64,000 bases of DNA from Bacteroidia bacterium. GTDB lineage: Bacteria > Bacteroidota > Bacteroidia > NS11-12g > UBA955. Below the pieces are notes generated by a model. The model did not search any database. It saw nothing but the letters and a program-made list of their open reading frames with translations, and was not told the DNA's origin. The number at the start of each line of letters is the position of its first letter. Within the stretch, counting starts at the first letter, position 1. A program made the translations under genes and the position numbers. The stretch lies in assembly GCA_040403495.1 (NCBI GenBank), contig JBBAKM010000005.1, positions 23,677 to 87,676 on the forward strand, given 5' to 3'. Positions 1 through 9,281 of the stretch are shown in pieces.

Positions 1-1452
1 AATACCAAAATTAATGAATGGGAAGAGTTAACTTTTGATTTTACGGGTAAAGTTAATCCACCATCATTAAAAGGTCTTTTAAATCAAATCATTATTTTCC
101 CTGATTTCAATACTTCAGGAAGAACAGCTGATAATATTTGTTACATTGACAATATTACTTTCAATGCAGGAACAGCATCTGAACCAACATCGGCAGCCCC
201 GAGTCCTTCACAACCTTCTGCTGATGTAATCTCAATGTTTAGTAATGCTTATTCTAATAAATCAGTAAATACATGGAGAACTGATTGGTCAGCAGCGACT
301 CTTACTGATGTTCAAATCGCTGGAAATGATACCAAAAAATATACTTCTTTGGATTTTGTTGGAATAGAAACCGTAGGGGCTAATTTGCTAGATGTTAAAG
401 ACATGTTATACTTCCATGTTGATGTTTGGACTCCCAATGCAAACACTTTTAGTGTAAAATTAGTTGATATTGGAGCAGATGGTAATTTTGGTGGAGGTGA
501 TGATAAAGAACATCAAGTTACTTTAACTCCTACAAAAAACGGTTGGAATAGTTTTGATATTCCTATGTCTGATTTTGCAGGATTAACCTCTAAAGAACAT
601 ATTGCGCAATTAATTTTTAGTTGTACTCCTGCCGGTCAAGGAACTTTATATTTGGACAATATTTTTTACCACAAATCGCCAATTATCGACCCTAATACTC
701 CTCAAGAAGCTGCACCAACTCCAGCATTTGCAGGAACAGATGTGATTTCATTGTTTAGTAATGCTTACACCAATAAAACGGTTAATACTTGGCGCACAGA
801 TTGGTCTCAAGCAACTTTAACTGATTTGCAAATCAAAGGTAACGATACTAAAAAATACAGCTCTTTAGATTTCGTTGGAATTGAAACTGTTGGTGCAAAT
901 GTTATTGATGCCTCAAATATGGATAGATTTTATTTCAATGCTTGGACGCCAAATTTAACTTCATTTAAAGTGAAACTAGTTGACTTTGGTGCTGATGGTG
1001 CTTTTGCAGGTGGTGATGATAAAGAACATGAACTTACATTGACTGCCCCAACCTTAAGCAGTTGGAATACTTACGACTTGCCTTTGTCTAGTTTTACTGG
1101 ATTAACAACCAAAGCACACATTGCCCAATTGATATTAGTAGGAACTCCTACAGGTGCAGGTACTGTATTTATTGACAACGTATTGTTTAGAAAAGAAGCA
1201 CTTTCTGTTTCTAATGCTACTTTGAATACTATTAATGTGTATCCAAACCCAGCAACTGAACAAGTTACTTTGTCCTCAACTAATACTATTGCTTCTGTTG
1301 AATTATTCAATAGCTTAGGTCAAAAAGTGTTAAACTTAAATTCTGATTCAAATACCGTGACTATCGATATAGCGAATCTTAACAAAGGTATTTATACAAT
1401 AAAAACAAACACCGACAATGGACAATCTGTTTCTAAACTGATTGTAGAGTAG
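1..1452 (+). CDS. Secreted glycan-binding-type protein, 5'-truncated at the window edge. It has tandem CBM-like repeats and a T9SS C-terminal sorting domain.
   Basis: Frame 1 is open from nt 1, so the start lies outside the window. There are two tandem ~152-aa repeats and the tail of a third. The C-terminus VYPNPATEQVTL...LNKGIYTIKT fits the T9SS type-A CTD pattern. Confidence 0.7.
   Translation, partial: NTKINEWEELTFDFTGKVNPPSLKGLLNQIIIFPDFNTSGRTADNICYIDNITFNAGTASEPTSAAPSPSQPSADVISMFSNAYSNKSVNTWRTDWSAATLTDVQIAGNDTKKYTSLDFVGIETVGANLLDVKDMLYFHVDVWTPNANTFSVKLVDIGADGNFGGGDDKEHQVTLTPTKNGWNSFDIPMSDFAGLTSKEHIAQLIFSCTPAGQGTLYLDNIFYHKSPIIDPNTPQEAAPTPAFAGTDVISLFSNAYTNKTVNTWRTDWSQATLTDLQIKGNDTKKYSSLDFVGIETVGANVIDASNMDRFYFNAWTPNLTSFKVKLVDFGADGAFAGGDDKEHELTLTAPTLSSWNTYDLPLSSFTGLTTKAHIAQLILVGTPTGAGTVFIDNVLFRKEALSVSNATLNTINVYPNPATEQVTLSSTNTIASVELFNSLGQKVLNLNSDSNTVTIDIANLNKGIYTIKTNTDNGQSVSKLIVE
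223..1194 (+). repeat. Intragenic tandem duplication of a ~152-aa CBM-like module (nt 223-675 and 739-1194)
   Basis: The units share DVISxFSNAYxNKxVNTWRTDWSxATLTD, KKYxSLDFVGIETVGAN, VKLVDxGADGxFxGGDDKEH and AHIAQLI. A third, diverged copy lies at nt 8776-9243 in another gene. Confidence 0.85.
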
Positions 1453-1472
1453 ATCTTTTTTAAATTGTTGTT

Positions 1473-1511
1473 AAAAGCTGGATGTGATTTAATTCGCATC
1501 CAGCTTTTTTT
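1473..1511. terminator. Rho-independent terminator, bidirectional, between convergent genes
   Basis: The stem GCTGGATG (1477-1484) pairs with CATCCAGC (1497-1504). An A-run lies upstream and a T7 run downstream. Confidence 0.6.
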
Positions 1512-1558
1512 ATGCTCATTAATAAAGATAACTTACTAATAGGAAATGAATTATATTT

Positions 1559-4500
1559 TTATTCTTTGTTGCCGTTGCTTTCGAAATTAATCAAAAACTC
1601 AAATAAATCTTGGTGAGTCTCTAATTTTAATTTTTTCCTTAAACGGTACCTGCTTATTTCAACTCCTCTAACAGATATGCTAAACAGTTGGGCCATTTCT
1701 TTGCTCGATAAATTCATTCTTAAGTAGGCACAAAGCTTTAATTCTTTGGAGTTTAAATCAGGATATGCCTTTTTTAAATTATTTAAAAAATCACTTTGTA
1801 CGTTTTTTACATGATCTGTAAACTTATCCCATTCCTCATCTAATTTTTCGTCCGATTTTATTTGACGTAATATTTTTCTAATTTCACTCGCCTCCACTTG
1901 GTCTTTGTTCTGTAAAACTAGATTATTTAAATGACTCGTTAGCTTTCCTAAAAAAGCTTTCTTCTGAAGTAAATTCATAGCAGTACTTGCCAAGTCCTCA
2001 CTTTTGTGCTTTATCTCAGCTTGAAGATTGTCATTGGTTAATTGCATTATCGCTTTTTCGTTCTTTTCTAGCTCAAGCTGATGTTTATAGTTGATTTGTC
2101 GTTGCTCTTCCTCAAATTTAAGTTTAGCCTCCTGCATCCTAATTTGTGCTTTTTTCTGTAGTTTTTTCTTCTGTAATTTAAGTAATGTATAAAACACAGA
2201 GACTGTGATTAATAGATAAAGCAAATAAGCCCATATATTTCTATACCAAGGGGCTTTAATTTCAAAACTGTATGAGAATTGCTTAAACTCGTTGGATGGT
2301 CCATGTCTAGATTTTAAGTAAAATGTGTATTTCCCCTCTTTAAGATTTGTATAGTCTTTTTCAGGGGTTGAACTCCAATTGCTCCATTTTTTATCATGAC
2401 CTTCCAATAGGTAACTAAATTCAATGTGTGATTTGTGTCTCAAAAATGAGCTTGCAAATGAAAACCGGATTGAATTTAATTTATAAGGAATTGAAGTTTT
2501 TAAATTGCTGTCTTTTAGGAGATTATTGAATCCTCCGTATAGGATAGAATCGCCACTTCCGAAGGTTTTTACTGAACTAATATAAGTTTCATAAGGGAAT
2601 ATTTGCTTCGAGTACTTGTTGTAATTGATGTTGTAAAAACCAATGTCTGAGCCTATTATAGTATTTTCGGAATCGTAGCTGTAAATATTTTCAAAACCAC
2701 TTAACACATGATTGAATAATTCAGGTATGTATTTTACAACAGCTTGTGTTCCTTTAAAGTCCACTATGCCCAACATTTTGTCTTGGACAAACCAAATATT
2801 GCCATTCAAGTCTTCTTTTAAATACCTTATTGGGATGTTGCCTAATATACTTTGATAGTATTTAGACGGTATGATTTTGTTGCTTTTTGGGTCTATTTCA
2901 TAAATGCCTTTAGTCGTAGCAATTACAATTTTGTTTTTTATTTTAAAAACATGATTGTCTAATTCTGAAGGTAATCCATCTTTTAATGAGTATTTTTTAG
3001 TGCTATTGTCTGTTATATTGATTTTATATAAACCATGATAAGGGTGTGATACCCAAATGGAATTATTTTCTACCTCCATATAACGACTTGATTCAATGAA
3101 GTTTCTGATAGAACCATCGTTTTTGAGTTCGCCCTTCTCTTTGCTAAAAAGTTGAATGCCAAAATAATTTCCGCATGCTATTTTAGGAGGATTGCTCCCA
3201 CTAATTGGCTTGAAGGTCCAAAAGCCTAAAGATTTGAAAACAGGGCTTGCTTTGTCGTTATCAACTTTCCATAATCCATCATCTCTGCTCACAATTAGTT
3301 GATTGTCATAAGTATTGACATTCCAAGTTAAGCCATTCATTATAATTTTAGGTTTCAATGAAAGTGAACCTAATTCGTTTTTTTGTCTAATATCTATAGA
3401 TTGTAACCCCGTTGACAATGCAAAATATAAATCGCCATTTAAACTGATAGCGCCATGCCCACTGCCGTTGTTAAATGAGTTGGGATTTATATGGTAAATG
3501 GAATTTCCCCAATCAATAAGTGCAATGCTGTTGTCCATACCTATCCAAGTGCATCCATCAAAACCACTGTAAAGGCAACGGATTGTATTGCTTACTAATC
3601 CTTGTTTGGAAGAAGTATTTCCCAGGATGTTCCCTTTATTATCTATTTTGTAAAGTCCTGAATTATAGGAGCCTAATAAAAAGTGATTGCCATTAAGGAC
3701 CTCAATAGTTGTAAAGTGGTCTTCGTTTATCAAGCCATTGATTTTAAATGGGAGTATCTGATTTTGGGTTAATAAGAACAGACCATTGCCGGTGGTACTC
3801 ACCAAGCTAGTGTCTTTCCCAAAGGGTTTAATATCAGTGATTTGAAATCCGTTAGGCAACAAACTTTGATTAATCAGAGGTTCCCATCTGCCATTGTTGT
3901 AGAGTAGTATCCCGCTTTTCTTGTCTTGAGTTATGAGTTTATTGTGGTGTTTTTTTAGCGAAGTCCATGTTGTTTTCGGTTTAAAATAAGAGATACTATT
4001 GTTAGAATATCTGAAAATAAACTGAGGTGTCATGAAAAAAACATCTTGGTCAATTATTTCGATATTCCAGATATCGGCAAATGAGCTAACAGAGGGAGGG
4101 AGCTGTTTTTTTAAAGAGGTAAAAATGAATTTCCCTGTTTTGTCAGGTTTAAAATAGCCAAATTCGTCTTGTGCACCCACATATAATCGACCATCATTGC
4201 TCATGGCAATAGATCTTACAATGGTTTTGTTAGGCACTGGATGTAATTCCCATTTTACACCATTGTATATCAAAAGCCCTTCGTTGTTGGCAATAAATAA
4301 TCTGCCCATATTGTCTCTCTCAATATCCCAGTTTTGTGTGCCAGCGGAATATTCGGATTTTGTGAAAATAGAAACTTTTGCATTGTAAAGTTCCCCTTGT
4401 CCAAAACTATTGAAAGTGAAAAGTAAAAGATACAAACCCAAAAGTAACCCTTTTTGAGAGTTGCATTTTTCTTTGCTTTTGTTACGGTCTTGTATTGTTT

Positions 4501-4576
4501 TTCTTATGTTAATAATGCAAAAATAACCAAATTTTTCAGTTTGATGTAGTAGTGTAGTAGTTTTTGTTGGTTGCAA
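1559..4576 (-). CDS. Transmembrane one-component glycan sensor/regulator with a periplasmic beta-propeller region, Y_Y_Y-type domain, TM helix, coiled coil and LuxR/GerE HTH
   Basis: It has an N-terminal hydrophobic segment, long propeller-like repeats and a Y_Y_Y-like FSYLLEGHDKKWSNWS. The TM helix is IWAYLLYLLITVSVFYTLL. The C-terminal HTH is LSSKEMAQLFSISVRGVEISRYRLRKKL. No His-kinase or receiver motifs were seen. The start is TTG and uncertain. Confidence 0.75.
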   Translation of the reverse strand: MQPTKTTTLLHQTEKFGYFCIINIRKTIQDRNKSKEKCNSQKGLLLGLYLLLFTFNSFGQGELYNAKVSIFTKSEYSAGTQNWDIERDNMGRLFIANNEGLLIYNGVKWELHPVPNKTIVRSIAMSNDGRLYVGAQDEFGYFKPDKTGKFIFTSLKKQLPPSVSSFADIWNIEIIDQDVFFMTPQFIFRYSNNSISYFKPKTTWTSLKKHHNKLITQDKKSGILLYNNGRWEPLINQSLLPNGFQITDIKPFGKDTSLVSTTGNGLFLLTQNQILPFKINGLINEDHFTTIEVLNGNHFLLGSYNSGLYKIDNKGNILGNTSSKQGLVSNTIRCLYSGFDGCTWIGMDNSIALIDWGNSIYHINPNSFNNGSGHGAISLNGDLYFALSTGLQSIDIRQKNELGSLSLKPKIIMNGLTWNVNTYDNQLIVSRDDGLWKVDNDKASPVFKSLGFWTFKPISGSNPPKIACGNYFGIQLFSKEKGELKNDGSIRNFIESSRYMEVENNSIWVSHPYHGLYKINITDNSTKKYSLKDGLPSELDNHVFKIKNKIVIATTKGIYEIDPKSNKIIPSKYYQSILGNIPIRYLKEDLNGNIWFVQDKMLGIVDFKGTQAVVKYIPELFNHVLSGFENIYSYDSENTIIGSDIGFYNINYNKYSKQIFPYETYISSVKTFGSGDSILYGGFNNLLKDSNLKTSIPYKLNSIRFSFASSFLRHKSHIEFSYLLEGHDKKWSNWSSTPEKDYTNLKEGKYTFYLKSRHGPSNEFKQFSYSFEIKAPWYRNIWAYLLYLLITVSVFYTLLKLQKKKLQKKAQIRMQEAKLKFEEEQRQINYKHQLELEKNEKAIMQLTNDNLQAEIKHKSEDLASTAMNLLQKKAFLGKLTSHLNNLVLQNKDQVEASEIRKILRQIKSDEKLDEEWDKFTDHVKNVQSDFLNNLKKAYPDLNSKELKLCAYLRMNLSSKEMAQLFSISVRGVEISRYRLRKKLKLETHQDLFEFLINFESNGNKE

Positions 4577-4591
4577 TGTTATTCAAAAGAT

Positions 4592-4599
4592 TATTTTTG
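4592..4599 (+). promoter_or_regulatory. Candidate Bacteroidetes -7 box (TATTTTTG) for the glucan operon
   Basis: It matches the TAnnTTTG consensus and lies 65 nt upstream of the ATG at 4664, in the divergent intergenic region. Confidence 0.25.
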
Positions 4600-4663
4600 T
4601 CAAAAATTAGTTATTAATTACATCGAAATTTAATAAACTCTGTTAGTTGTAAATAAAAAGTAT

Positions 4664-7600
4664 ATGCCCAATAAGAATATAGAAATGATTAAAAAAGTGC
4701 TAATCCAATTTTTTTTGTTGTTAGCCCCATTGTTAGTATTTGCACAAAGCGAAAAAGTTGAAGTCATTAAGTCGCAAAATGGATTTAAACTTTCAGTCAA
4801 TGGAAAAGACTTGTTCATTAATGGAATGAATTGGGATTATTTTCCTGTAGGGACAAATTACAATTACAGTTTGTGGAATCAGTCGGATGATTTGATTAAA
4901 GCAGCTTTGGACAATGAAATGTCCTATTTGAAAAACATGGGCGTTAATGCCATTCGACAATATTCGGGTGTTCCTGCCAAATGGGTGAAATACATTTATG
5001 AAAATTATGGAATTTACACCATGCTCAACCATTCTTTTGGTCGTTATGGTTTAAATATCAATGGAAATTGGGAAGCCAATACGGACTATTCCAATCCTGC
5101 TGTTAGAGAGGTTTTGTTGAAAGAAACCAAGGAAATGGTGTCGCAATACAAAGAAACGCCGGGTATTTTATTGTTTTTGTTAGGGAATGAAAACAATTAT
5201 GGTCTCTTTTGGAGAGGTGCCGAAACAGAAAATATCCCATTTGCGGATAGAAAATCGACAAAAGATGCTTACTTTATGTATAAGCTTTTTAATGATGCAG
5301 TTAAAGAATTAAAATCAATTGACAAAAATCATCCTATGGCCATTTGTAATGGTGATTTATTGTTTTCTGACATTATTGCAAAAGAGTGTACTGATGTCGA
5401 TATTTTAGGAATAAATTGTTATAGAGGTCTTACTTTTACTGACCTGTATGAGCGCGTAAAAAATGAGTTAAATGTGCCAGTCATTCTTACTGAGTTTGGT
5501 GCTGATGCATACAATACTCGTTCAAATAATGAAGACCAAGAGTTTCAAGCTCAAGTTCTATTGAGTAATTGGAAGGAAATATACGGCAATGCTGCTGGAA
5601 TGGGAAAAAATAACAATAGTTTGGGTGGTTTTACTTTCCAATTCAGTGATGGGTGGTGGAAAACCGGTCAAACCATCAATTTGGATGAACACGATGTTAC
5701 AGCTTCTTGGTCGAACGGTGGGTATGGTAACGATTATGTTCAAGGTGAAAATAATATGAATGAGGAGTGGTTTGGCATTTGTGCAAAAGGCAAAACCAAT
5801 GAACGTGGTTTGTATGAGTTATATCCAAGGGCTGCTTATTATGCGCTTCAAAATATACACAAATTCAATCCTTATGTAGGTAATTCTAATTCAATAAATG
5901 TTTATTTTAATTCTATATCAATTGTGGATGCAGCCTTAAAGGCAAGAGGAGACAAAGCCGTTTTAGAATCCAAAGACAAAGGGAAGTTGTATCTAAGTAA
6001 TTTACAAGCCAATTTTAATACTTATCAAACGGGAGGAAGTTTAATAACAACACCTACCACCTCCAATCCTTTAAATGCCAATTCATTTCCCAATGTTCAA
6101 GGTTTTGACCACATGCAATCTTTCAATGTTGGCATTACAGCAAGGCCTGCTCCTAATATGAAAGCAAACGTTCAGTTTAATGTTTTAGGCAATGTAGCTA
6201 CCAATCCCATAGATGAAATATTCTATGAAAACAGAGGAAGACCTCTAACCGTACAAACCCCTACTGGGCCTCAGCAGATTAACTCAAATAACAGGGTACA
6301 ATTGTATAAAGCTGATTACAGTTGGGATGCTAAGGATTTTAAACTAACCGGGTTTTATAGAACAGGACATTACCATTGGGGATATGAAGGTGATTTTTTT
6401 GGATTATATCCCGAGGCTAATTATGGTCCTAACATAGATATATACAATGGGAATGCTCCTTTTGGTTTTGAAATTGAAGGCAAAAAAACTATTAAAGGAT
6501 TAAAGTTGGCTTTTGGTCCTGAATTATGGTGGGGAGCCAATCCAGCTTTCTTGTTAAAATACAGTCGAAAAATAGCAGGCTTAGATGTTACCGGTATTTT
6601 TCATGAGGATATTACTCAAAGAAATAATCTGCAAAGTTCATTTGCAGTTCCTGTGCCAAAAACCAGAAGATTAACTTTGGCAATAGGGAAGAAAATGAAT
6701 CATTTTACCTTTGATTTGGGTGGAATTTGGGGCGGACAGCCGCTTAATGGAAGAACATTTCAAATGGTTTCTGAAAATGTAGTCTACGAAGATAAAATTC
6801 AAAGTACAGATAATTTTGGAGGTAAAGCAAAGCTAACCTATTCCAAAGGAGCTATTCGTTGGTATGGTCTAGCATCATACATGGGTTTAGTGGCTAACGG
6901 AGGGGTAGACCAAACCAAAACATTTACCGGTTGGGTTCTTAAGGATGTAGGAAGTGGAAATATGTACAATGCACTTACTGGTCTGACATACAATATTGGT
7001 AAAATTCAAATTGCACCCAATTTCTTATTCCAAAAACCATTAGTAGGTCCCATTGGCCCAAGATATATGGCACCCGCTCGCCCAAGAAATATTTTAGACG
7101 ATCCTTTTTCAGTGAGAGGAAATAGAGAAACTGTGGGTGGTGAAATGTTGATTACGTATGATCCAACGCCTGCAACTTGGATGTATGAGTGGGATAATGA
7201 CAGAATGGAAGATGCCAAATTTGCTTTTAGTTCAGGATTTGTTTACAGGCATTTACCAACAGTTCAAGATGCTTCTATAGGTATTTTAGGAAATGGTCGT
7301 ACCACTTTTGTATTTCCGGGTTCAGCACCAGCGCAGGATCTTTGGGAACTAAACGCTAGAGTTGTTTCTAAAATTAATCCCGAATTTGGAATGATTGGAA
7401 ATCTGTATTTTGGAAATGGTCAAGCCAATGGAAATGATACCAGAACAATCAATAGATATGGCATGGATATTAGAACCATTTATAAAAAAATGAAATTAAT
7501 TACCATTGTTAAAATAGATGATTGGGGCCCTTTTGACTATCACCGAGATTTTAACCAAACTTTCCCGCTTCAACTGATAGGAGATTGGTCAATAGAAGTT

Positions 7601-7807
7601 GGCAAGCCAGATTGGTTCATGCTGCCAGGAACGAAAATAGGGTTCAGAACAACATACAGGACTTTAAATAAATACTCCAACAGATATTCACCGATTACAA
7701 CTTTAAATAATCTAGGTCAATTTGTTCCTGATCCCAATGCACTTGGTTTTCCGAATGGTAACGAATGGGAGCTAAGAACCTACATTCAAATCAATATTAA
7801 TAATTAA
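4664..7807 (+). CDS. Secreted clan GH-A (TIM-barrel) glycosidase domain fused to a ~600-aa porin-like C-terminal region
   Basis: The SPI signal is LLVFAQ|SE. GVNAIRQY, LLGNENNY (acid/base NE) and ILTEFGADAY (nucleophile E ~100 aa later) give a clan GH-A signature (GH2/GH5/GH158-like). The C-terminal ~600 aa is Gly/Tyr/Asn-rich with alternating amphipathic strands. Confidence 0.6.
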   Translation: MPNKNIEMIKKVLIQFFLLLAPLLVFAQSEKVEVIKSQNGFKLSVNGKDLFINGMNWDYFPVGTNYNYSLWNQSDDLIKAALDNEMSYLKNMGVNAIRQYSGVPAKWVKYIYENYGIYTMLNHSFGRYGLNINGNWEANTDYSNPAVREVLLKETKEMVSQYKETPGILLFLLGNENNYGLFWRGAETENIPFADRKSTKDAYFMYKLFNDAVKELKSIDKNHPMAICNGDLLFSDIIAKECTDVDILGINCYRGLTFTDLYERVKNELNVPVILTEFGADAYNTRSNNEDQEFQAQVLLSNWKEIYGNAAGMGKNNNSLGGFTFQFSDGWWKTGQTINLDEHDVTASWSNGGYGNDYVQGENNMNEEWFGICAKGKTNERGLYELYPRAAYYALQNIHKFNPYVGNSNSINVYFNSISIVDAALKARGDKAVLESKDKGKLYLSNLQANFNTYQTGGSLITTPTTSNPLNANSFPNVQGFDHMQSFNVGITARPAPNMKANVQFNVLGNVATNPIDEIFYENRGRPLTVQTPTGPQQINSNNRVQLYKADYSWDAKDFKLTGFYRTGHYHWGYEGDFFGLYPEANYGPNIDIYNGNAPFGFEIEGKKTIKGLKLAFGPELWWGANPAFLLKYSRKIAGLDVTGIFHEDITQRNNLQSSFAVPVPKTRRLTLAIGKKMNHFTFDLGGIWGGQPLNGRTFQMVSENVVYEDKIQSTDNFGGKAKLTYSKGAIRWYGLASYMGLVANGGVDQTKTFTGWVLKDVGSGNMYNALTGLTYNIGKIQIAPNFLFQKPLVGPIGPRYMAPARPRNILDDPFSVRGNRETVGGEMLITYDPTPATWMYEWDNDRMEDAKFAFSSGFVYRHLPTVQDASIGILGNGRTTFVFPGSAPAQDLWELNARVVSKINPEFGMIGNLYFGNGQANGNDTRTINRYGMDIRTIYKKMKLITIVKIDDWGPFDYHRDFNQTFPLQLIGDWSIEVGKPDWFMLPGTKIGFRTTYRTLNKYSNRYSPITTLNNLGQFVPDPNALGFPNGNEWELRTYIQININN

Positions 7808-7839
7808 TGAAATCACAACTCTTGCTAATATAAAATAAT

Positions 7840-9246
7840 ATGAAAATGATAAATAAGTTAAGTGTTCAAATAGGTGTTATCGCCCTATTTTTAATAGTTC
7901 AATTGGGGTGTAAACGCGAATTGTCGGAGGATGCTGTACTGCCTCAATTTAGCAACAATCCCTATGTTTTTACCGATAATTTTATAGGGTTGGGTTCTGA
8001 TTTTTATTTCCCATTTGCCGATGCTAAACCAGATGTTTTTTCGGTTGACTTAAAAGAGGGTTTCGAAAGCAATGCTTCTGTTAGAATTGATGTGCCCAAT
8101 GAGACAGATCCCGGAGGAGCTTATGCAGGGGCAATTTTTAGGATAGATGGTGCCGGTAGAAATTTGACGACTTATGATGCACTAACCTTTTATGTGAAAG
8201 CCTCTACTGGAACAAAATTAGGTGATGTCGGTTTTGGAATTGATTATTTGCAAGATAAAAACCAAGTGACTATCCAAAATGTAAACGTGGGTACCAATTG
8301 GTCTAAAGTTATTATTCCGATTCCCGACCCTTCTAAATTGGTAAATGAAAGAGGTGTTTTTTGGTTTGCGGCAGGGACTCAGGAAACGAATGGCGCTGGA
8401 TATGTTCTGTGGTTTGACGAAATTAAATTTGAAAAATTAGGCACTGTGGGTAAACCAACTTCTAGGATTTTAAATGGAGAAGTGAACTCAGTAAAGTCAT
8501 TTGTGGGTGCGACAATAACAGTTTCTGGTTTAAGTCATGTTTTTAATCTTACCAATGGTCAAGATGTTACAGTGATTTCTAAGCCTTCTTATTATAAATT
8601 TACAAGTTCTAATCCCTCAGTCGCGACTGTTAATGATTCAGGAATTGTGAAAATATTAGCCACCGGAATTGCTGAAATAACAGCCAAGGTAAATGGGGTT
8701 TTAGCAAAAGGTAAATTGATAGTTGAGTCTAAAGGGAATTTGCCAGGCGCCCCAACACCGAACAGGCCAGCAATTGATGTTAAATCAATTTTTAGTGATG
8801 CTTATGTCAATGCCACTGAGAGTAACTTCACACCTGGTTTTGGCGGTTCTACGACAATTTTTGACCTATTAACAACCAGTAGTGGTAAGGTAGTACAATA
8901 CAGTAATAATAATTATACAGGAATAATTTTTGGAAATACAGTCGATGCTTCTGCGCTTGGTTTTTTACATATCGATGCTTATGTAGAGAATGCCTCATCA
9001 GTAATAGGAATTCAAATAAGAGACATAGGGGCAAACAAAACCATTGAAACCGATGTGTTTACAGGGAATCCAATAGGGGATGACAGGGATAAAAGAATGA
9101 ATTTGACTGGATTCGAAGCAGGTGTGTGGAAATCGTTTGATATACCATTGAATGCAGGAATTCTGAATCAAAAAAGTAATTTGGGTGCTATCATAATTAC
9201 AGGAGGTCCCAATTTTATGTTAGACAATATCTATTTCTATAAATAA
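7840..9246 (+). CDS. Surface glycan-binding-protein-like lipoprotein (beta-sandwich domain, Big_2-like Ig domain, CBM-like module)
   Basis: The lipobox is LIVQLGC. The Ig-like segment is ATVNDSGIVKILATGIAEITAKVNG. The C-terminal 156 aa (nt 8776-9243) is homologous to the repeats at 223-1194 (DVKSIFSDAY...WKSFDIPL...LDNIYFYK). Confidence 0.6.
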   Translation: MKMINKLSVQIGVIALFLIVQLGCKRELSEDAVLPQFSNNPYVFTDNFIGLGSDFYFPFADAKPDVFSVDLKEGFESNASVRIDVPNETDPGGAYAGAIFRIDGAGRNLTTYDALTFYVKASTGTKLGDVGFGIDYLQDKNQVTIQNVNVGTNWSKVIIPIPDPSKLVNERGVFWFAAGTQETNGAGYVLWFDEIKFEKLGTVGKPTSRILNGEVNSVKSFVGATITVSGLSHVFNLTNGQDVTVISKPSYYKFTSSNPSVATVNDSGIVKILATGIAEITAKVNGVLAKGKLIVESKGNLPGAPTPNRPAIDVKSIFSDAYVNATESNFTPGFGGSTTIFDLLTTSSGKVVQYSNNNYTGIIFGNTVDASALGFLHIDAYVENASSVIGIQIRDIGANKTIETDVFTGNPIGDDRDKRMNLTGFEAGVWKSFDIPLNAGILNQKSNLGAIIITGGPNFMLDNIYFYK

Positions 9247-9281
9247 TACAATTTGCAGGGAATTTTTTAAATAAATAATGA

